DNA of 16,425 nt from Methanobacterium sp. GTDB lineage: Archaea; Methanobacteriota; Methanobacteria; Methanobacteriales; Methanobacteriaceae. The stretch spans positions 57,898-74,322 of the forward strand of contig PMWA01000104.1 of assembly GCA_003166335.1 (NCBI GenBank). The letters are read 5' to 3'. The position numbers and the translations under genes are program-made. Below the pieces are notes generated by a model, which saw only the letters and a list, made by a program, of their open reading frames with translations, did not search any database and was not told the DNA's origin. This document shows, piece after piece, positions 9,862-16,425 of the stretch (within the stretch, counting starts at the first letter, position 1; each line of letters opens with the position of its first letter).

Positions 9862-10203
9862 ATGAAACAAGTCATTATTATGAGAGGTGATCTCTCTATA
9901 AGCAGAGGTAAAATAGCTGCACAGACTTGTCATGCTAGCTTAGGTTCTTATAAACGTGCAGATGAGAAAATAATAAAAAAATGGGAAAGAGAAGGTGGAA
10001 AAAAAGTTGTGGTTAAAGTCAATGATTTAAAAAAACTTTTTGAAGTTTATGAATTAATTAAAGCAACTGATATCCCATACTTTCTAGTTCAAGATGCAGG
10101 TCATACAGAATTACCCGAGTCAACCATCACTTGTCTGGGAATAGGTCCAGATGAAGATGAAAAGATAGATAAGATAACCGGAGAGTTTAAACTACTTAAA
10201 TAA
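9862..10203 (+). CDS. pth2: Peptidyl-tRNA hydrolase Pth2
   Basis: [32 protein letters not shown] and T.LGIGP motifs. Confidence 0.96.
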   Translation: MKQVIIMRGDLSISRGKIAAQTCHASLGSYKRADEKIIKKWEREGGKKVVVKVNDLKKLFEVYELIKATDIPYFLVQDAGHTELPESTITCLGIGPDEDEKIDKITGEFKLLK

Positions 10204-10228
10204 ATTTAAACATGGATTTGAATAGATT

Positions 10229-10882
10229 ATGAAATGGGTGATTAAGGTAGGGGGAAGTCTTTTCCCGGATTATGCGGTTAAACTCTGCAAAAATTTGGTA
10301 GGTAAAAATGTTATCGTTATCTGTGGAGGAGGGATTCTAGCAAATCTTTTAAGAGAATATGATAAAAAAATCGGTTTTTCCAATACGATTACTCATAAAA
10401 GTGCTATACTATGCATGGATATTCTTGGATTGCTCTTGGCTGATAAAGTAGCGGATGCTGAAGCAGTTTATTCATTTAATCTTGCTCAAAAAGTTTTAGA
10501 TGCAGGAAAACTTCCAATTTTGATTCCTTCAAAATTTATGGAGAATCAGAATTCATTGGAGCATTCTTGGCGTGTTACTTCTGATTCAATATCCCTTTAT
10601 ATAGCACATCAATTAAAGGCTAAACTATTAATAGCAACAGATGTAGATGGAATATATACCCAGCAGCCATCTCAGGATGGTGCGGAATTCATCAAACATA
10701 TTGAAGCAAAAAAACTACTAGATTTTGGTGAAACATCGGTTGATGAAGTTTTAGGAGAGCTTTTAATCCGATACAAATTAAATTGTTATGTTATTAATGG
10801 AAAATACCCTGAAAGGGTTATTTCTATAATTGATGCTAATAATATCAAAAAAACAAAATATACACTTATTGGAGGAATTTAA
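10229..10882 (+). CDS. mfnE: Amino-acid kinase family protein, likely the methanofuran-pathway kinase MfnE
   Basis: [30 protein letters not shown] and ETSVD motifs. The HSW.VTSD motif is typical of the MfnE-like subfamily. Confidence 0.72.
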   Translation: MKWVIKVGGSLFPDYAVKLCKNLVGKNVIVICGGGILANLLREYDKKIGFSNTITHKSAILCMDILGLLLADKVADAEAVYSFNLAQKVLDAGKLPILIPSKFMENQNSLEHSWRVTSDSISLYIAHQLKAKLLIATDVDGIYTQQPSQDGAEFIKHIEAKKLLDFGETSVDEVLGELLIRYKLNCYVINGKYPERVISIIDANNIKKTKYTLIGGI

Positions 10883-10885
10883 AAA

Positions 10886-11047
<162 letters not shown>

Positions 11048-11148
11048 ATACTTATTTTTTATTTAATCTATACTTATTTTTGAAAATTCAATTAAATCAT
11101 ATTATAATTATGATATAGAAAAAATTTTTTTTGGGAGGTTCAAAAAAA

Positions 11149-11418
11149 ATGGGTGAAGTAGTAGCTACTATAAAATTAATGCCGGATAGTCCTGATATTG
11201 ATATTGCGAAAATAAAGGTTGAAGTAGAAAAATCAATTCCTGAAGAGGCTGAACTTCATAAAATTGAGGAAGAACCCATAGCATTTGGTTTAATAGCACT
11301 TAATGTGATGGTTGTTGTAGGTGACATTGAAGGTGGAACAGAGAAAGTCGAAGAAGCACTCTCTAAAATTGAAAATGTAGGCAGTGTCGAAGTAGTAGAT
11401 GTAAGAAGATTAATGTAA
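11149..11418 (+). CDS. ef1b: Translation elongation factor aEF-1beta
   Basis: MGEVVATIKLMP.SP, EEPIAFGL.AL and GGTE motifs. ATG at 11149 follows a GGGAGG SD; the track's TTG start at 11131 overlaps that SD. Confidence 0.96.
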   Translation: MGEVVATIKLMPDSPDIDIAKIKVEVEKSIPEEAELHKIEEEPIAFGLIALNVMVVVGDIEGGTEKVEEALSKIENVGSVEVVDVRRLM

Positions 11419-11444
11419 ATATGTTTATCAACTAGATTATCACT

Positions 11445-11552
11445 TTTCATTAAATTTCTCATTTTTTTTATTATTATTTTTTTTACAGAAAATAATTATT
11501 TTTTTTTTAACTAATTTTTTTGTATAAAAAAATAGAAAAATATTTTTTTTTG
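11445..11552. terminator. Oligo-T/oligo-A rich convergent terminator region
   Basis: Several T7-T10 tracts on + after ef1b. A-tracts on + (T on the minus strand) follow the methyltransferase stop. Confidence 0.5.
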
Positions 11553-11567
11553 AATGAAATTATGCAT

Positions 11568-12551
11568 TTAGAGTATCAATACTTCTTCACAGATGTCCTT
11601 AACTGCATCCACAAAATTTCTTGGATCAATTCTAGGAAAGGTATCTACCAGACAAACATTAAATTGATTATTAAAAACAGTGCCTAATTTTTTGACATCC
11701 AAACAATAAACCTCAAAATTATTACCAGAAGCGATTAAACCTTTCTTATTATTGGATACTTCTAAAGGAAACCCGTTTAACTCTAAGTTAATTATAGTAT
11801 TTTCCACAGCAGGATACCAGAGATCATTGAATATAACCTTTCCTACACCAGCTTTTAGAGCAGCTATTCCAAGAGTTCCAGGTCCGCAGGTACAGTCGAG
11901 AACTGTTGGTTTGTCATATTTGTCTAAAATTTTTTTTAAATGCTTTATTTTTGGGGATAATGGTTTTGGGAACTCTATATGTATTTGGCTCTGATATTTG
12001 TAGATGCATATGACATCCCATGGTGTATATATAATGTCACATCTAACATCACAGCCCGCCAGCACTTTATATGTATGTGGATTGGATGTAGAGTTCTTAA
12101 TGCCTACAATATCCTTTATATATCCTTTTAAAACTCCTTTAACTTCGGGTATTTTTTTTAATATTTCATCTGCACATGTTTTATTCATCTCTTCTGAGAG
12201 TATAACCAGGGAATCTTCTGGAAGATAAGGAACAGATTCGGTGGGATAAGCAGGTGTTATAAGAGGCACACAGACATTTCTAAGGTTAGATTCTTTATTT
12301 TTCAATCCATATTCCATCATTATTTTCAGAATGTGAGCCATTACTATGTCTAAATGACGTTTACCGCAATTTCTGCATTTTCCAAAACTTCTATCTAAAA
12401 TATTTAGATTCAACTGTGAGTTTAAGGGTGTGTATTTTTTCAGTTTGAATTCAATGCACTCATTGCAGGATGAATATAAATATTTGGAATATTCCAGAAT
12501 TTGAAGAGCAGGTTTTAGGCAATCACTTCCGCATTTACATCTTAAGTCCAT
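11568..12551 (-). CDS. Uncharacterised class I SAM-dependent methyltransferase with Cys-rich N-terminal domain
   Basis: VLDCTCGPGTLG (motif I), VIFND, and terminal VDTFP. N-terminal CKCGSDC, CNEC and CRNCGKRH. Confidence 0.75.
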   Translation of the reverse strand: MDLRCKCGSDCLKPALQILEYSKYLYSSCNECIEFKLKKYTPLNSQLNLNILDRSFGKCRNCGKRHLDIVMAHILKIMMEYGLKNKESNLRNVCVPLITPAYPTESVPYLPEDSLVILSEEMNKTCADEILKKIPEVKGVLKGYIKDIVGIKNSTSNPHTYKVLAGCDVRCDIIYTPWDVICIYKYQSQIHIEFPKPLSPKIKHLKKILDKYDKPTVLDCTCGPGTLGIAALKAGVGKVIFNDLWYPAVENTIINLELNGFPLEVSNNKKGLIASGNNFEVYCLDVKKLGTVFNNQFNVCLVDTFPRIDPRNFVDAVKDICEEVLIL

Positions 12552-12597
12552 ATACTTAAATATTATGAGATTACTTTAATATAAATAGTTGAGAATT

Positions 12598-14205
12598 ATG
12601 AAGGACAAACGGAAAGAGATAATTAGGGATCTGTTAGGGGACTTTGCTGAAGATGGTGGGGATGAGGATGAACGTACTGAGATAGATGAAGTTGAGAATT
12701 CTAAAAAGAGTAATTTTGGTTTGGATGATGATGAGGCTTTTAAATTAAATAAGATCATGAAGAAGCCTTCCAAACGATCCAAAAAGGTTAAAAAAGTTTC
12801 CGATGTAATGAAACCGGAGATAATAGAAGAGGGATTAGTGCCTAATTATAATGTGAGTATTCCCAGCTTTTCAACTTATGAAAAAGAGCTTTTCAAGGAA
12901 ATTCGGGAAAAACTGGTGGAAGTTGCTGTAGCCCAGGATGATTTCAAGGTAGATGAGAATTCTTTTATAACAGAGGTTAAACAATTCCTCCGCACTAAAG
13001 GTGTGAGGGATGTGGACCGTCTGTCTGCGCAGATTTCCCAGGAAATGTTGGGTTATGGTAAACTAGATCCTATGATTAAGGACGATGATTTGGAAGAGAT
13101 CATGGTGATTGGGACTCATAAAAAAGTGTTCGTCTATCATCGAAAAATAGGAATGATGGTTACTAATATTGAATTTGACGATGAATCAGATATAAAGGCC
13201 GTTATAGATGTCATAGCAAGACAAGTGAACCGTAGAATAGATCAGCAAACTCCCATATTAGATGCTAGGTTGAAAGACGGTTCTAGGGTTAATGCTACAC
13301 TCCCCCCAGTTTCTGCAGATGGTCCTACCTTAACTATACGTAAATTTAGGAAGGATCCATTGACTGTTATTGATCTTATAAACTTTAAGACTTTATCATC
13401 TCATTTAGCGGGTTTTTTATGGGTTTGTACTGATGGATTTGGTGTGAAGCCATGCAATGCTATAATAGCGGGAGGAACCAGTTCTGGTAAAACAACTACT
13501 TTAAACACTATAGCCGCATTTGTACCTCCAAGGGAGAGAATAATCACAATTGAGGATACTCTGGAATTGCAGCTTCCCCACTCTCACGTGTTGCGTATGG
13601 AAACCCGCCCTCCTAACATTGAAGATAAAGGTGAATTAACAATGGATACTTTGGTTAAGAATTCTCTACGTCAGAGACCTGATCGGGTGATTGTAGGGGA
13701 AGTGAGGGGTAAAGAGGCTATTACCATGTTTACAGCATTAAATACGGGACATTCCGGTATGGGAACACTTCACTCTAATAGTGCCCGGGAAACTATAACT
13801 CGACTTGTAAATCCCCCTATGAATGTTCCTAATATCATGATACCTGCCCTTGATTTTATAATAATGGAACAGAGGATGTATCGGCCTGAAGGCGGTTCTA
13901 TTAGGAGAATCACTGAAGTAGCTGAAGTAGTGGGTATGGAAGAAGGTAATGTACAACTCAACAGGGTTTTTGAATGGAATAACGTCAGCGATAAAGTGGA
14001 GTATGTAGGAATAGCTAGTAAAACTTTAAGAGAGATATCAGAATTACGTGGTATTGGAATTACAGAAATCGAAGAGGAAATAGAGAAAAGAAGAGTAATA
14101 TTAGAGTATATGGCGGATAACAATATACGTTCCATTGATGAGGTCGGGCAGAGCATAAACAATTATTACAAGGATCCAGATAGTATGTTGGAAGAAGCAC
14201 TGTAA
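12598..14205 (+). CDS. CpaF/TadA/VirB11-family pilus assembly ATPase
   Basis: Walker [10 protein letters not shown], Asp box [23 protein letters not shown] (Walker B), His box [14 protein letters not shown] at 12598 preferred over TTG at 12589. Confidence 0.94.
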   Translation: MKDKRKEIIRDLLGDFAEDGGDEDERTEIDEVENSKKSNFGLDDDEAFKLNKIMKKPSKRSKKVKKVSDVMKPEIIEEGLVPNYNVSIPSFSTYEKELFKEIREKLVEVAVAQDDFKVDENSFITEVKQFLRTKGVRDVDRLSAQISQEMLGYGKLDPMIKDDDLEEIMVIGTHKKVFVYHRKIGMMVTNIEFDDESDIKAVIDVIARQVNRRIDQQTPILDARLKDGSRVNATLPPVSADGPTLTIRKFRKDPLTVIDLINFKTLSSHLAGFLWVCTDGFGVKPCNAIIAGGTSSGKTTTLNTIAAFVPPRERIITIEDTLELQLPHSHVLRMETRPPNIEDKGELTMDTLVKNSLRQRPDRVIVGEVRGKEAITMFTALNTGHSGMGTLHSNSARETITRLVNPPMNVPNIMIPALDFIIMEQRMYRPEGGSIRRITEVAEVVGMEEGNVQLNRVFEWNNVSDKVEYVGIASKTLREISELRGIGITEIEEEIEKRRVILEYMADNNIRSIDEVGQSINNYYKDPDSMLEEAL

Positions 14206-14326
14206 AAAATGTTAATCATTCGAAATCAATAAATTTTTAGATTTTATAGGTTTATAAGCCTACCAAAAATTTAATAGAATTATAGATACTTAAATTGATC
14301 CCAGTGAAAGGAAAAAAATGATATAA

Positions 14327-15424
14327 ATGATTTTCGATCTTAAAAAGTTCTTCAACAAAATCGGTAATTTAACGGTTAATTCCAGCCGAAAAGTTGGTGA
14401 AGGCGTTCAAATCCCAGTGGATAAAATAAGTGGATTAAACTCAGAGAATGTAAGAATTAGAAGAAAATCAGATGTGGATCAAAAGGTAGAAATTGACAAG
14501 GGGTCGGATTCAAAATCTTTATTTAGGCCAAATAAGTCTTCTTCACGAACCATTAAAAAAATGAGGATGGATAAAGAAGAAATAGCTTTATTTAAAGAGT
14601 TAGTTGATAAAAAACCGGCATCAGATGGGAAAATAGAAGATGATAAGCAGAAAAAGGAAACACTTCGAAAAGCTTCTTTAGAGGAGATTCTTAAGGAAGA
14701 ACAAAAAGAAGAACTAGACCCTAGATTAATCATTATTATGGGCTTAATAGCTTTTGCAGTGGTAGTTTTAGCTGTAGTTGTACTAGGCTTTGGAATTGAA
14801 ATTGGTTTAATATTTGGAATTATTATTTTAATGATGGCTATATTTTTGGTCTTCCTTCCTCAGATGAGGAAGGGACAAAAATCTTCAGAAGCCGCTAAAG
14901 AATTACCTTTCGCCCTTAGACAGATGGCCACCGAATTACGTGCAGGTACAGGATTACACGACAGCATGCGCTCTATATCCCTGTCGGGATATGGACCTCT
15001 TTCCGAGGAATTCTCCAGGGCACTGGAAGAAATAAGATATGGAGAGACCACAGAGAAAGCCTTAATAGATATGAGTGATAGGATAAATTCAGAAGGATTA
15101 CAAAGGGCTATTTACCAGATAACTAGAACTTTAAATAGTGGAGGAGATTTAGCTAAGACTTTAAGTGTTATAGCAGATGATACTGCTTATGAGTTACGAA
15201 TGAAGCTCAAAGATTACTCCCAAAAATTGAATTCATTCACCATGATCTACATGTTCGTAGCAATATTAGGCCCCGTAATTACTATGATTATGCTGTTAGC
15301 AGCGTCAACAGTCATGGGCCCACTTATACCACCAATCCTACTATTAATACTGTACCTTTTACTCTTCCCAGCCATTGTGATATTCATGGCCTACATGATC
15401 AAAAGACTAGAACCGCAAATATGA
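14327..15424 (+). CDS. Type II secretion system F / TadB-TadC-like pilus platform protein
   Basis: About 130-aa charged N-terminus, two TM helices, [30 protein letters not shown]2SSF domain, and C-terminal TM helices. Lies downstream of the ATPase. Confidence 0.9.
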   Translation: MIFDLKKFFNKIGNLTVNSSRKVGEGVQIPVDKISGLNSENVRIRRKSDVDQKVEIDKGSDSKSLFRPNKSSSRTIKKMRMDKEEIALFKELVDKKPASDGKIEDDKQKKETLRKASLEEILKEEQKEELDPRLIIIMGLIAFAVVVLAVVVLGFGIEIGLIFGIIILMMAIFLVFLPQMRKGQKSSEAAKELPFALRQMATELRAGTGLHDSMRSISLSGYGPLSEEFSRALEEIRYGETTEKALIDMSDRINSEGLQRAIYQITRTLNSGGDLAKTLSVIADDTAYELRMKLKDYSQKLNSFTMIYMFVAILGPVITMIMLLAASTVMGPLIPPILLLILYLLLFPAIVIFMAYMIKRLEPQI

Positions 15425-15469
15425 AGTAAAAATTTAGAATAAGTAAATAAATATAAATTATTCTATGAT

Positions 15470-15792
15470 GCATTTTATAACTTAAATACCATTTAAATCC
15501 CATTAGAAGGGTGATTTAAAATTTTGAATTGTTAAAAACACGAGTATCTAACTGGTTTCATCCATAACTATTATTTCGGGGTTTATAGATAGTATAACGG
15601 CAATGGCAACCTTTTTTTCTGTTTCCCACTTAAAAGATGTTGGTGCTTTTTTTCTAATCCACTAATCAATTAACCATTGATAAAGCCTTTTTAACTTTAC
15701 CAGCGCCATTGGAACCAATGATAGCTGCTTTTTCACCTTTTTTAATCTCAATATTTATATCCTGAAGAGCAGAATTATTTTTTGGATTTTTA
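15470..15792 (-). pseudogene. cbiO: Degraded ECF-transporter ATPase (cbiO-like) pseudogene
   Basis: Minus strand reads [33 protein letters not shown] (Walker A at 15696-15716), joined directly to VKKALSMVN*. After frameshifts come SGLEKKHQHLLSGKQKKR and VAIAVILSINPEIIVMDETS* (signature and Walker B remnants, TAG at 15548-15550). Weaker LDTR and LLM-DLN-GI remnants follow. No start codon. The lower boundary is approximate. Confidence 0.85.
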
Positions 15793-16425
15793 TATTTTGA
15801 TGGTGTTGCCTATGAAGCCCATTTGGGGGAAGATGTAAATGGCCATTATTTGTAGACAGACTATTAGTAGTATGGTGGTGGTGATGAAGGAATATTCATT
15901 TAAATTTATTTCTTTTTTGTTTAAACTGTAAAGTTGGGATTTATCTGAAAATCCTCTGCTGGCCATACTTAAATAAACATTTTCACCCCGTTCATATGAT
16001 TTTAAAAACATCATCATAACGGTGTAAGCCACCTGTTTCAACCTCCACATATAAGCGGTTTTTTTGCTGAATATGTCAAAGTTCCTGCTGGTCTGCGCAT
16101 TAGTTATTTTTCCCAGCTCTTCATAAAACAAGAAAAGAAACCTAATAAAAAGACTGAATATCATAGAGAAATCACGAGGCATTCCCAATCTCCGGAAAGA
16201 CTCAGCAACCTCCTGCATGGGGCTAATAGAAGATAAAAGCACAATACAGGTTAAAGTAACCACCAATCGTGACAACAGCAGTAATCCAAACATAATGCCC
16301 TGATAAGTAATATTTATACCCAAAGGCAACGTATAAAGAACAATACCGCCGTGAACAAATGGTTGCAATACCGCAATAGAACCTCCAAAAGGAATTATAA
16401 TCAAAACCCTCAAAAACGAATGTTT
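15790..16425 (-). CDS. cbiQ: Cobalt/nickel ECF transporter transmembrane T component CbiQ (5' end outside the window)
   Basis: TM helices, F..LGMP, IRFL and [16 protein letters not shown] motifs. The frame stays open to the window edge ([10 protein letters not shown]...), so TTG at 16413 is probably not the true start. Confidence 0.9.
   Translation of the reverse strand, partial: KHSFLRVLIIIPFGGSIAVLQPFVHGGIVLYTLPLGINITYQGIMFGLLLLSRLVVTLTCIVLLSSISPMQEVAESFRRLGMPRDFSMIFSLFIRFLFLFYEELGKITNAQTSRNFDIFSKKTAYMWRLKQVAYTVMMMFLKSYERGENVYLSMASRGFSDKSQLYSLNKKEINLNEYSFITTTILLIVCLQIMAIYIFPQMGFIGNTIKI

Noticed and set aside
10229..10882. Uridylate kinase or glutamate 5-kinase annotation
   Set aside because: It shares only the amino-acid kinase fold motifs. 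HSWRVTSD and the gene context fit the MfnE-like subfamily better.
11048..11081. Direct repeat ATACTTATTTTT occurring twice after the zinc-finger gene
   Set aside because: Only two 12-bp copies in very AT-rich DNA. At most a small duplication or weak terminator, not an array.
12598..15424. Archaellum (FlaI/FlaJ) or conjugative T4SS interpretation
   Set aside because: No archaellin, FlaH, VirB4, relaxase or integrase is present. Two separate single-domain platform genes and a QxSxE pilin fit a pilus system.
15491..15521. ATTTAAATCCCATTAGAAGGGTGATTTAAAA: an imperfect palindrome resembling, from memory, a Methanothermobacter-type CRISPR repeat
   Set aside because: Single copy with no spacer, second repeat or cas gene, and the middle diverges. 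On the minus strand it reads as decayed cbiO sequence (LLM-DLN). Chance similarity in AT-rich DNA is more likely, though it could act as a hairpin between convergent genes.

Overview
AT-rich chromosomal segment from a methanogenic archaeon. The gene set (methanogen-type YcaO, MfnE-like kinase, lactaldehyde dehydrogenase-like ALDH, aEF-1beta, Pth2) fits Methanobacteriaceae (inference). From left to right: an arginine deiminase pathway cluster (3' end of a carbamoyltransferase absent from the ORF track, arcA, arcC), an OB-fold tRNA-binding protein, an ALDH, a very short pilin plus a TadC-like platform gene, Xaa-Pro peptidase, HIT protein, M50 protease, ycaO, a pth2-kinase-zinc-finger microprotein-EF1beta run, an uncharacterised Cys-rich SAM methyltransferase divergent from a pilus ATPase and a second platform gene, a decayed cbiO pseudogene, and the 3' part of cbiQ. 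Highlights are the arc pathway in a methanogen with an atypical ENK carbamoyltransferase motif, a split type IV-like pilus system with a 61-aa sequon-rich pilin, and an ECF transporter whose ATPase gene is destroyed. No RNA genes, mobile elements or CRISPR arrays were recognised.
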